Positions 15,613 through 25,048 of a stretch of DNA of 64,000 nucleotides are shown piece after piece. The stretch spans positions 1 to 64,000 of the IMG/VR virus record IMGVR_UViG_3300028571_000830; one strand, written 5' to 3'. The notes under the pieces are model-generated. The model saw only the letters and a list, made by a program, of their open reading frames with translations, searched no databases and was not told the origin of the DNA. The translations under genes and the position numbers were made by a program. The stretch is from a virus. Positions within the stretch are counted from its first letter, which is position 1, and each line of letters opens with the position of its first letter.

Positions 15613-18573
15613 ATGTCATCTGATATAAAATTTGAAAAAGCATATGTATTATATGCAAATGCAGCTTATTTTGAAACAGTGCTATCTTGTGTAAAATCTA
15701 TAAAGACATTTAGTGATGTTCCTATTATTGTTTACATGCTTAACTCTAAGTTAAAGATTGATGGAGCTCTTACAATAAATTGGGAATGTGACGTAGATAT
15801 CATTCATAAACAGAAATATATAGATAGAACGAATGATAAAGTGTACAAGCTGTTGATACAACGTCCACTTATTGTTAAAGATGCTCTAATGAATTATGCC
15901 AAATCTGTTGCTTATATAGATGCAGATAGTGTAGCTACAAAATATGTAGACAATATATTTACAATGTTTGATAATGATTCTACTCATCCATATTTTGTAG
16001 AAGGTATGTATGACTATTTATTAATTAATGGTAGAGGTGGGGCAGTTAGTAGAAAAGATCTATCTACAACATTAGAACATCCAGCATGTGAGTTATTTAA
16101 TGTTAACCAATATGTAAGACAGAAATATAGACAAACTGGTTATTTTGTATCTGGACAGAATTGTGTAGAGTTTTTAAATGAGTGGTATGCTATGTGCGTT
16201 CATCCAGAAGTGTTAGCTAATTCTTCACATTATGCTCCCTATCACGAAGAAACTATTGTTAATGTTTTATTGTGGAAGAAGAATATACATGTAGGTCTTC
16301 CATACATGTATATTAATGGATCATATGATACTATCAATGAAGTGTATGACACTATTGGATTTAATGGTAGAGACAACACTGTTAGAGAATGGGTAAAGAT
16401 TCCTAAGACTAAATCAAATTTATTATTCTTTCATGGAGAAAAAAATGGTACAATTATGAATAAAATGATAGCTAAACTAAATAGTAAATTAAAAATATTA
16501 TTTCTAGCACCTCACTTATCTACAGGAGGAATGCCAGCATTCTTATTGAAAAGAATAGAAGCTTTACAAACCTCTGGTGATGTTGATATATTTGTTGTAG
16601 AGCATCAATGTTATAGTCTTGATTATGTTGTACAGAGAGAGCAAATTAAAAACCTTGTTCCTGTTCATACACTATATGAAGATAAGAATGAACTATTTCA
16701 AATTATACAACAGTTCAAACCAGATGTTATTCATATAGATGAAATGTCTGAAAGATTGGATAGGGAAATGATCGTATCATTATACAATCAAAACAGATCA
16801 TATCGTATCATTGAAACTTGTCATGATGTATCATTCAATCCAAATGATAAAATATTTCATCCAGATGCGTATGCTTTCTGTACACCTCATCACTTAAAGA
16901 CATTCAATAACACAGATTCTTATAAACAAGTGATTGAGTTTCCAATAGAGCATTTGAAGAATAAAAAATGTATATGGGATGAAGCTATGTTTGATCTAGG
17001 ATTTGATTTCTCAAAAGAACATGTTGTAAATGTTGGACTGTGGACTTCAGGAAAGAATCAGAAAGAAGCTGTTGAACTAGCAAGACAAATGCCTGATGTA
17101 CAGTTTCATTTTGTAGGAAACATGGCTCCCAATTTTAAAGAATACTGGCAGCCAATACTTTTAAATCTTCCAGATAATTGTAAAATATGGGGAGAACGTG
17201 ATGATGTTTATAAATTCTTAATGGCTTCAGATGTATTTATGTTTAATAGCACTTGGGAATGTAATCCTTTAGTTATTAGGGAAGCTATTGGTCATGAGTG
17301 TAAAATCTTAGCAAGAAATCTACCACAATATTGTGGAATGTTTGATGAATACATTACACCAATAGGTGATAACTTAAAAGAACAATTAGAAGAAGCTTTA
17401 GAACAGCCTGTTACATACACTATTCCCACTGATGGATTTGTAAATTTTAGAGATGATCATATTACTTTATATAAACAAGTGGTTAGTAATGCTACCCAGA
17501 TGAGTAATGTAACTATTGTTCATCATTTTGTTAATAATCCATTTCTTGAAATAAAAGGAATTTCTGATAGTGTATTTAAAATATGTTTTTACGATGAACA
17601 TGATGTTCTACAATACCAGAACACTGTAAAAGCTAATCATTGGGTGAGGCTAAATAGACAATGGTATACCAAGTGGACAACTAAAGTGTGGGAGAATGAT
17701 GAGTTGATATTTAATCAATCTCTTGATTTATCTAATAAGAGAGTGTATATAGCCTTTGGTAGCTCCTCTCTTGGAGATAGTATAGCCTGGATACCTTATT
17801 GTTTAGAGTTTAAGAATAAACATAATTGCGATGTTATTGTAAGTACATTCCATAACTATTTATTTGAGAGTGTATATCCAGAACTTGAATTTGTATCTAA
17901 TGGAAGTGTTGTAGAAAACATATATGCTCAATACAACTTAGGGTGGTATTATAATCTGGATAAAGAACCTGTGACACCTCCTAATATAATACCATTACAA
18001 CAAACAGCTACAAACATATTAGGTCTTGAATACAAAGAGATTAAGCCTAGAATTGCATACACTCCTGGTAAGAATATATACTATAAGAAAACTGTTACAA
18101 TAGCTACCAACTCCACAGCTGGGTGTAAGTTTTGGACCAAAGAAGGATGGCAACAATTAATAAATCATCTATATAGTAATGGGTACGATGTAGTGAATAT
18201 ATCCAAAGAGGAAAATCCTTTTGATAATTGTTATCAGATTGTTGATAAGTCTATAGAAAATACTATGAATGTAATACATCATAGTGAGTTCTTTATAGGA
18301 CTATCTAGTGGATTAAGCTGGCTAGCTTGGGGAATGGGTAAACAAGTGGTGATGATTGCTAACTTTAGTGAAAAAGACCATGAGTTTAGTTGTATCAGGA
18401 TAACAAATGATAAATTGTGTCATGGATGTTGGAACAATCCTGATTATAAATTTGATAAGGGGGATTGGGATTGGTGCCCCAAACACAAAAATACCCCTAG
18501 ACATTTTGAATGCCATAGGGGTATATCTGCAAAACAAGTGATTGATAGTTTAGTCTTTCTTAAACACTTGTAA
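15613..18573 (+). CDS. Three-domain glycosyltransferase: GT-A (DxD) + GT4-like GT-B + TibC/AAH-like protein O-heptosyltransferase domain
   Basis: YIDADS/HEETIVN/FFHGEK; LAPHLSTGGMP/KNQ/ECNPLVIREA; SSSLGDSIAWIPY, FIGLSSGLSWLAW, CHGCWN...WCPKH...FECH. Likely start is ATG 15613, downstream of the promoter. Confidence 0.85.
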   Translation: MSSDIKFEKAYVLYANAAYFETVLSCVKSIKTFSDVPIIVYMLNSKLKIDGALTINWECDVDIIHKQKYIDRTNDKVYKLLIQRPLIVKDALMNYAKSVAYIDADSVATKYVDNIFTMFDNDSTHPYFVEGMYDYLLINGRGGAVSRKDLSTTLEHPACELFNVNQYVRQKYRQTGYFVSGQNCVEFLNEWYAMCVHPEVLANSSHYAPYHEETIVNVLLWKKNIHVGLPYMYINGSYDTINEVYDTIGFNGRDNTVREWVKIPKTKSNLLFFHGEKNGTIMNKMIAKLNSKLKILFLAPHLSTGGMPAFLLKRIEALQTSGDVDIFVVEHQCYSLDYVVQREQIKNLVPVHTLYEDKNELFQIIQQFKPDVIHIDEMSERLDREMIVSLYNQNRSYRIIETCHDVSFNPNDKIFHPDAYAFCTPHHLKTFNNTDSYKQVIEFPIEHLKNKKCIWDEAMFDLGFDFSKEHVVNVGLWTSGKNQKEAVELARQMPDVQFHFVGNMAPNFKEYWQPILLNLPDNCKIWGERDDVYKFLMASDVFMFNSTWECNPLVIREAIGHECKILARNLPQYCGMFDEYITPIGDNLKEQLEEALEQPVTYTIPTDGFVNFRDDHITLYKQVVSNATQMSNVTIVHHFVNNPFLEIKGISDSVFKICFYDEHDVLQYQNTVKANHWVRLNRQWYTKWTTKVWENDELIFNQSLDLSNKRVYIAFGSSSLGDSIAWIPYCLEFKNKHNCDVIVSTFHNYLFESVYPELEFVSNGSVVENIYAQYNLGWYYNLDKEPVTPPNIIPLQQTATNILGLEYKEIKPRIAYTPGKNIYYKKTVTIATNSTAGCKFWTKEGWQQLINHLYSNGYDVVNISKEENPFDNCYQIVDKSIENTMNVIHHSEFFIGLSSGLSWLAWGMGKQVVMIANFSEKDHEFSCIRITNDKLCHGCWNNPDYKFDKGDWDWCPKHKNTPRHFECHRGISAKQVIDSLVFLKHL

Positions 18574-18819
18574 CATTTGTCCTTTAGCTAATATAGTAAG
18601 AGATTCATTTTCTTTAATAAAGGTTTTAATAAGCTCTTGATCAGACGTATCTAGATCAATAATTTCTCCTTTATTTAAATTCAATGCCATTTCCCAAAAC
18701 TTCATAGCATCTCCTTTTGATGATTGTACTAAAGATGTTGCTAATAATTTTCCTGCATTAGCATTCTCAATCTCTTTACCATCTAGATCAACAAGATTAA
18801 AATTAAAATTTAATTTCAT
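18550..18819 (-). CDS. Hypothetical protein
   Basis: Own TATATTTG promoter; 3' end overlaps the convergent glycosyltransferase gene. Confidence 0.7.
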   Translation of the reverse strand: MKLNFNFNLVDLDGKEIENANAGKLLATSLVQSSKGDAMKFWEMALNLNKGEIIDLDTSDQELIKTFIKENESLTILAKGQMLQVFKKD

Positions 18820-18845
18820 AATGATTTTTTGTTAGTTTTTATTGA

Positions 18846-18853
18846 CAAATATA
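18846..18853 (-). promoter_or_regulatory. Bacteroidota-type -7 element (TATATTTG)
   Basis: TAnnTTTG consensus about 27 nt upstream of ATG 18819. Confidence 0.55.
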
Positions 18854-18862
18854 AATAATAAT

Positions 18863-19264
18863 TTATTTAATTACAACATTTTCTGTAGTTGTAGATGTTG
18901 TTGTAGTGGTGGGTTCAACTATTGGCTCAACAACAGGAGCCCAAGGTAAAGGTAAAGTAACCTCCACAGGATTAATTTGTAAAGCAATATTAGCTTCTAA
19001 TCCTAATTTCATATCTTCAACAGGCAATATTTTCTCTAACCAACTTATCACTTCCTCTTCCGTTACATCTTCATAAGGTATAAAGTTTTGAGGATTAGGT
19101 TGTGATACGCTTGAAGAACCATAAATGTCTGCAAAATATGTCTTATCGCCATCTACTTTTGTGGCGTTATATCTCCAATGTATTACATTAATAACATTTG
19201 GTAATCCTTCTGATTCTACTACACAATTTAGTTGGGCAATTACCCATTGAAAGTTTGTTTCCAT
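18863..19264 (-). CDS. Tail-fibre-associated protein with poly-Thr C-terminus
   Basis: W.I..L...IHWRY...FIPYEDVTEEEVISW pattern common next to phage fibre genes; ends EPTTTTTSTTT. Confidence 0.7.
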   Translation of the reverse strand: METNFQWVIAQLNCVVESEGLPNVINVIHWRYNATKVDGDKTYFADIYGSSSVSQPNPQNFIPYEDVTEEEVISWLEKILPVEDMKLGLEANIALQINPVEVTLPLPWAPVVEPIVEPTTTTTSTTTENVVIK

Positions 19265-19265
19265 A

Positions 19266-21713
19266 TTATTTTATTAATGTTTTTAATTCTTCTATTTCTG
19301 CTTTTAATTCTTGAATTGCCTTGATGTATACTGCATGAAGCTGATCATAATTAATACCCATTTTATCAGTTGATGGAGTTGTAAATACTGCTTCTGGTAT
19401 TATTTCTTCAATTTCTTGTGCTATATTACCATTCTGTCTACCTTGACCAAAGTTTTTGTATTCATCAACAAATTCAAACCAAATAGGATTCATTTTCATG
19501 ATTTCATGTAATCCGTATCCAATAGGCTTAATATTTTGTTTTACAGATATATCAGAAACTGGAGCAGATAAATTACCACTTGCATCTGCTAATACTGCTC
19601 TGCTTCCCGTGCCTGCTAAATTCACTATTGTAACTACGCCATCCGAATCCATTGAGAATTTTTCATTGCCTTCTTTGTAAATTCTAAAAATATTAGATAC
19701 TACAGCAAGCGAGTAATTATTAGCACCTTGTGTTAATACTAATCCCGAATTACTACCATTTGAAATATTTAAAACCCTTGCAAGTCCTGGGGGATTAGAG
19801 ATAGTTGAACTTCCTATTCCGACATCACCACCTGATGTGATACGCATACGTTCTGAAAGTGTTGATGCTGTTACTGTAAGAAACGTTAAATATCCAGAAG
19901 TTTTTGAAGCTTCAAGTGCCCCTAAAATTGCCGCACCTGTTGTAGGTACAGAACTCCCATTTAATGCTCCTAATCTAATATATATTCCTGCATCAGAAGC
20001 GGTACTAAAATTTCTATAAACACCTAATCCTTCTGCATCATTATTATCTAATATAGTTAAACGTTGATTAATATTAGAATTTGTTCCTATACCTACGTTA
20101 CCATCCCTTGCAACAGTAAGACGATTTAATCCTGCCGTTACTAAGTTTATAACACCACCCGTAACATCTCCTGCGTTAATATCTATTCTTCCAGTTCCTA
20201 CTGCTTCATTACCAAAAAGGTTAATTCCTGCACCTCTATCTGAACCCCTTGCACCACCCCCGTTTATAGATACAAATTTATTGTCAGAGCCGTCTGTTGT
20301 GTTTGAAACTATACCTCTGTCTGTTGTGTCGAATATTACATTCCCACTAAACGTAGCACTTGTACCTACTAATGCTCTGCTCACCAATGTAACAGTAGTT
20401 CCATCATCAGTGATAGCACTATCGCCTATTGTACTTGCACCTGTAAATTTAGGTAGAGTGTTTGTTGTGCCTGTTCCTGTTATTTGATTTACAGGTGTTG
20501 TTCCACTACTTCCTGATGTTCCTGAACTACCACTTGTTCCTGTTGAACCTGAAGTTCCGCTAGTTCCTGAAGTACCGTCTGTTCCACTAGTACCTGATGA
20601 GCCACTAGTACCTGTTGTTCCTGAAGTTCCACTAGTTCCAGAAGATCCTGTTGTACCAGAGGTGCCAGATGTACCATCTATTGCAGAGGTTCCACTTGTT
20701 CCTGTGGTACCACTTGTGCCTGATGTACCTGATGTACCTGTAGTACCAGATGTTCCAGTGGTACCAGATGTACCATTTGTACCATCTCCACCAGAAGCAC
20801 CATCAAGATTTACATACCATATAGGGAAACTTCCTGATCCAACAGTTCTTGTAGGAGCAGCAAATATTAATATTCCTGTTAAAGGATCATAAGATATCAC
20901 TTCACATTCTTGGAAGTTATTAGCATCTCCTGCTATAATTATAGATTGTGCTACTGAGTAAGACAATCCTAAACCCACTGTTAATGTTCCTGCGTTACCT
21001 AAAACAAAACTTGTTACAGAAGTGGTGGCATATCTATCTCCTTGTATTCCTGAGCTTCCTGATGTACCAGATGTAGCAGAAGAACCACTTGTTCCAGTGG
21101 TGCCTGATGTAGCAGATGATCCACTAGTACCTGATGTAGCAGACGAACCACTAGACCCTGATGTTCCACTAGTACCAGAGGTAGCAGAGGTTCCAGAGGT
21201 GCCTGTTGTACCACTAGTTCCTGTTGTTCCAGAAGTACCTGTGGTTCCACTTGTACCAGATGTTCCATTTATTCCACTAGTACCAGAAGATCCACTAGTA
21301 CCTGTTGTACCACTTGTTCCACTGCTTCCATTTGTACCATCTATTCCACTAGTTCCACTTGTTCCATCTATACCACTTGTTCCACTGGTTCCTGAAGTTC
21401 CTTTTGTACCTGAAGATCCACTTGTACCTGTAGTACCAGATGTGCCACTTGTACCTGTTGTACCTGACGTACCAGAAGTTCCTGTGGATCCAATAGATCC
21501 ACTAGTTCCAGAACTACCAGAAGATCCAGAAGATCCTGATGTTCCACTAGTACCAACAGCAATAGCTCCAATAGCAGCATCAATTTTTTGAAGAGCTAAT
21601 TGAAGATTGTCGTTAGTATTAATTCCTGTATATACTAAATTAGCTCCTTCGTAATGTACACAAAGAGCATTTAGTATGACAGGACAAGGAATAGCTTGAC
21701 AAAGAGTATTCAT
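19266..21713 (-). CDS. Tail fibre with two (Gly-Thr-Ser)n collagen-like blocks and C-terminal intramolecular chaperone (peptidase S74-like)
   Basis: GNVGIGT and RMRITSGG fibre repeats; SDISVKQNI...GNIAQEIEEIIPEAV...INYDQL...AIQELKAEIEELK. Confidence 0.85.
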   Translation of the reverse strand: MNTLCQAIPCPVILNALCVHYEGANLVYTGINTNDNLQLALQKIDAAIGAIAVGTSGTSGSSGSSGSSGTSGSIGSTGTSGTSGTTGTSGTSGTTGTSGSSGTKGTSGTSGTSGIDGTSGTSGIDGTNGSSGTSGTTGTSGSSGTSGINGTSGTSGTTGTSGTTGTSGTTGTSGTSATSGTSGTSGSSGSSATSGTSGSSATSGTTGTSGSSATSGTSGSSGIQGDRYATTSVTSFVLGNAGTLTVGLGLSYSVAQSIIIAGDANNFQECEVISYDPLTGILIFAAPTRTVGSGSFPIWYVNLDGASGGDGTNGTSGTTGTSGTTGTSGTSGTSGTTGTSGTSAIDGTSGTSGTTGSSGTSGTSGTTGTSGSSGTSGTDGTSGTSGTSGSTGTSGSSGTSGSSGTTPVNQITGTGTTNTLPKFTGASTIGDSAITDDGTTVTLVSRALVGTSATFSGNVIFDTTDRGIVSNTTDGSDNKFVSINGGGARGSDRGAGINLFGNEAVGTGRIDINAGDVTGGVINLVTAGLNRLTVARDGNVGIGTNSNINQRLTILDNNDAEGLGVYRNFSTASDAGIYIRLGALNGSSVPTTGAAILGALEASKTSGYLTFLTVTASTLSERMRITSGGDVGIGSSTISNPPGLARVLNISNGSNSGLVLTQGANNYSLAVVSNIFRIYKEGNEKFSMDSDGVVTIVNLAGTGSRAVLADASGNLSAPVSDISVKQNIKPIGYGLHEIMKMNPIWFEFVDEYKNFGQGRQNGNIAQEIEEIIPEAVFTTPSTDKMGINYDQLHAVYIKAIQELKAEIEELKTLIK
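20497..21554 (-). repeat. Two blocks of 9-bp-periodic Gly-X-Y (GTS/GTT/GSS) repeats (about 21040-21554 and about 20497-20800)
   Basis: Gly at nearly every third residue; synonymous codons vary. Confidence 0.95.
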
Positions 21714-21723
21714 ATTTTATATA

Positions 21724-22377
21724 TTATAAAATAGTATAGGTGAAGTTGAAATAAAAGGTGGTGGGGGAAGTGGTTGTAGTTATACCTTTTAATATTGCTT
21801 GGTTATTAAGCACATCTGCTTCAATGTATCCAAAATTAGTTAGTGCTGGAAGTCCAAGATAGGAAATAGCCATTCCACTAACATCTGTTAATGCTACAAG
21901 AGATGATGATATTGGTAGAGCTATAATTAATTCAAAAGCTCCAATTATTGTTGTTGAAACATCTAACGATCCTTGAACACTCACTTGGCCTTCTGTTCTC
22001 ATATAATGAGAATTATAAGATGCTGCTGAAGCTACGTTTAATACAGCCACTGTTACAGGTGTGTATATGCCTGAACTTGTGTTAACAGGAGTGGACGCAC
22101 CAAGTGCCACCCAATCATTAACACCAGTTCCTATAGATTCAGCAAAATATAATGTAGGAGCAGATGTATCTAGATACAACTGTCCTAAGTAAATAGCACT
22201 ACCTACAGGAGGAACTGTTCCTGTAATAGGAACTAAATTATCATTAATCTTTATAATTGCTGTCTCAACAGAATCTAATGGAGTTATGTCTGTGTTGGTT
22301 AAATAATCTCCATTATATAAAACACACAATGCGTTTTCAAAGGTGGAGCATGTTGGGCATATAGAAGCTGTACGCAT
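21724..22377 (-). CDS. Putative virion fibre/decoration protein with shared Cys-rich N-terminal anchor
   Basis: MRTASICPTCSTFENALCVLYNG N-terminus nearly identical to 23235-24977. Confidence 0.75.
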   Translation of the reverse strand: MRTASICPTCSTFENALCVLYNGDYLTNTDITPLDSVETAIIKINDNLVPITGTVPPVGSAIYLGQLYLDTSAPTLYFAESIGTGVNDWVALGASTPVNTSSGIYTPVTVAVLNVASAASYNSHYMRTEGQVSVQGSLDVSTTIIGAFELIIALPISSSLVALTDVSGMAISYLGLPALTNFGYIEADVLNNQAILKGITTTTSPTTFYFNFTYTIL

Positions 22378-22417
22378 AATATTTTATTTGAATTTATTTA
22401 ATTTTTTAATAATATAA

Positions 22418-23233
22418 CTAGCAATCAATTCCTGTATCAGAAGTTAATTCTCCTGTTCCTGAGTTCATATAGTAAATATCTGGTGAACCTGATGCACGTA
22501 CTACATAGTCAAAGCCTGTCACTGGATTTGTAAGAGCAGTATCATAGAATATAAAGTCACCACTAGTTAACAATATACTACTTGAGTAAACTGTATAACT
22601 AGGGTCTGTACATATGGTTCCTAAATTATTACTAGGTCTTACTACATAAGTATAATATACTGGAGGAGGAGGAGTGGTAGTAGTTGTAGTTGTTGGAGGA
22701 ACGATAGTGGTGGTGGTAGTTGTTGTCGAACCACAACATTGTGTACTAAGATTAAATGATGAATTTGAAGCAAAAATTTTAGTTATTTCTAATGGAGAAT
22801 CGTAATAATATAAATAAGGGTCAGGTGTAGGTATTGCAAATGAATACACACAAATAACATCGTTATATATTCCAGAACTTGGGAACGTATATGTTGCTGT
22901 TACTGCACCTGCTCCAGCACAAGTAAAATAATCAGCATAAACAGTTAAGTTATATGATGCTCCAATATCTAAAGAAGATATTGTGAATCCATAGTATTCA
23001 CAATTACAAGAAGCCGCAACTAAGTCTGATTTAACCACTAATTGATTACTAGCCTTTGCTGCATAAGGAGCATAGCCAGTATCTATATTAACATAATATG
23101 CAGCTTCTGCTTTTGTTATTTGTTTTGTACCTGCAGGTATAGTATTTATTAAAGTAAATACAGAAGTGTTTACAGCATCCTGTAAATTATTAAGTGATAC
23201 GCATTGATTAGATGCTATTCCTGCCCAACTCAT
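22418..23233 (-). CDS. Cys-rich virion protein with poly-Thr linker
   Basis: NQLVVKSDL motif; CCGSTTTTTTTIVPPTTTTTTTPPPP linker between domains. Confidence 0.75.
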   Translation of the reverse strand: MSWAGIASNQCVSLNNLQDAVNTSVFTLINTIPAGTKQITKAEAAYYVNIDTGYAPYAAKASNQLVVKSDLVAASCNCEYYGFTISSLDIGASYNLTVYADYFTCAGAGAVTATYTFPSSGIYNDVICVYSFAIPTPDPYLYYYDSPLEITKIFASNSSFNLSTQCCGSTTTTTTTIVPPTTTTTTTPPPPVYYTYVVRPSNNLGTICTDPSYTVYSSSILLTSGDFIFYDTALTNPVTGFDYVVRASGSPDIYYMNSGTGELTSDTGIDC

Positions 23234-23234
23234 A

Positions 23235-24977
23235 TTAGTTTAACTTAGCTTTTAGTTCCCTTATCTCTTGCTGTAACTGAGCAATTAATATAGTGTGTAC
23301 ATCTAAATATTTAACTGAGGTTACATCCCTGTCTGTTAGTTCAGGCATTAATAAATGTATCTGCTCTGCAGAATAACCATATCTTACATCCTTATTTACA
23401 TCAGTTTTACGTATATATTGTATAACATCTAAATTAAGATTAGTTGATGGATTTGTTTTAAGTATATTTTTTCCTGCAACGCTTGAACTTTCAAAGAATG
23501 CTGAGGCAGTTACACTGCTACTAAATGAAGCAGATGTACCCCCTAGAGCACCAGTTAATGTTCCACCACTTAATGGTAAATATCCACTAAGAGCAGCTGA
23601 TGTTATAAATCCTGCAGGATTTGAAGAATCATATGGAGTGTATCCAAGAGCACTTGTAACTTGTCCAGATGTAAGTGTTAAAGTTCCTCCTAACGTTAAT
23701 GATCCAGATGTACTTACTGAACCTGAAAGTGTAATTCCACTAACAGTGCCTGTTCCAGATATAGATGTAACTGTACCAACATTCCAAGTTCTATCTGCAG
23801 AAAGTGTTTGAGCATTTCCATTTATTGTAAGAGTTCTTGATGTAGGTACACCACCTAGTCCTGCTAATGTGTAATTAGGAACATTTAATACATTACTTAA
23901 TAATGTAGCAGCTCCACTATTTCCAGTGGTAGTTAAACTTCCTAATAGCCCACTTGTACCTGATGTACCTGAAGTACCAACAGCTCCTGAAACTCCTGAC
24001 GTGCCACTTGTTCCTGATGTACCAGTGGCTCCTGGTGTACCAGCAGCTCCACTAGTACCTGATGTACCACTTGTTCCTGTATTACCATTAACTCCACTAG
24101 TTCCAGAGGTACCTCTTGTACCTGAAGTACCACTAGTGCCTGTGGTTCCACTAGTGCCTGTGGTTCCACTAGTGCCTGAAATTCCACTCGTACCTGTTGT
24201 ACCAGAGGTTCCATTAATACCAGAGGTTCCATTAATACCAGAAGTACCACTTGTTCCATCTCCTCCCGAAGCACCTGCTAAGTTTACTATCCAAGCTGAC
24301 TGTGTACCAGATCCCACTGTAGTAGAAGGAGCACCAAATTGTAAAGATCCAGTTCCAGGATTGTAAGCAATAACACTAGATTCTTGATAATTACTTATAT
24401 TATAAGCAATAATTATAGTTTGTGCAACACTATATGCTAATCCTAAATCAACTGTGATTGTTCCAGCATTTCCTAAAGTGAATGATGTAACTGATGTTGT
24501 ATAATATTTATCTCCTGATTCACCTGAAGTACCTGTAGTTCCACTACTACCTGATGTACCACTAGTGCCTGTAGAGCCACTTGTACCACTGGTGCCACTT
24601 GTTCCTGTTGTGCCAGAAGATCCACTAGTACCACTTGTACCACTTGTTCCACTACTACCTGATGTTCCTGTTGTACCACTTGTTCCACTACTTCCACTGG
24701 TTCCTGATGTACCATTAACACCAGATGTACCATTGATTCCTGATGTACCATTGATTCCAGAGGTGCCATTAACACCAGAGGTGCCAGAACTTCCTGATGT
24801 ACCTGAAGTACCAGCAGTTCCATTATATGAATCAAATGTATTATTGATTTTTATTAAGGCTTCCTCAAGGGAATCCATAGGATCAACATCTATATTAGAT
24901 AAGTATTCTCCATCATATAACACACATAGAGCATTCTCGTATGTGGCACATGTAGGGCATATAGCTGCGGTTCTCAT
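23235..24977 (-). CDS. Second (Gly-Thr-Ser)n collagen-like tail fibre with degenerate S74-like chaperone C-terminus
   Basis: Same architecture as 19266-21713; YLPLSGGTLTG; FFESS...YGYSAEQI...VKYLDVH coiled coil; likely start ATG 24977. Confidence 0.85.
   Translation of the reverse strand: MRTAAICPTCATYENALCVLYDGEYLSNIDVDPMDSLEEALIKINNTFDSYNGTAGTSGTSGSSGTSGVNGTSGINGTSGINGTSGVNGTSGTSGSSGTSGTTGTSGSSGTSGTSGTSGSSGTTGTSGTSGTSGSTGTSGTSGSSGTTGTSGESGDKYYTTSVTSFTLGNAGTITVDLGLAYSVAQTIIIAYNISNYQESSVIAYNPGTGSLQFGAPSTTVGSGTQSAWIVNLAGASGGDGTSGTSGINGTSGINGTSGTTGTSGISGTSGTTGTSGTTGTSGTSGTRGTSGTSGVNGNTGTSGTSGTSGAAGTPGATGTSGTSGTSGVSGAVGTSGTSGTSGLLGSLTTTGNSGAATLLSNVLNVPNYTLAGLGGVPTSRTLTINGNAQTLSADRTWNVGTVTSISGTGTVSGITLSGSVSTSGSLTLGGTLTLTSGQVTSALGYTPYDSSNPAGFITSAALSGYLPLSGGTLTGALGGTSASFSSSVTASAFFESSSVAGKNILKTNPSTNLNLDVIQYIRKTDVNKDVRYGYSAEQIHLLMPELTDRDVTSVKYLDVHTILIAQLQQEIRELKAKLN
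23940..24822 (-). repeat. Two blocks of Gly-X-Y (GTS/GIN/GVN) repeats (about 24513-24822 and about 23940-24275)
   Basis: Direct translation. Confidence 0.95.
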
Positions 24978-25048
24978 AATATGCAAATTTATTTATTTTT
25001 AATGTATAATTGATTGTTTATCTGTATATAGTTGACATAATATAGCTA

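Noticed and set aside
20489-25002. Plus-strand Val/Pro-rich ORFs and alternate-frame LVxQ ORFs over the fibre genes
   Set aside because: Stop-free shadows of the 9-bp GTS repeats; no independent starts
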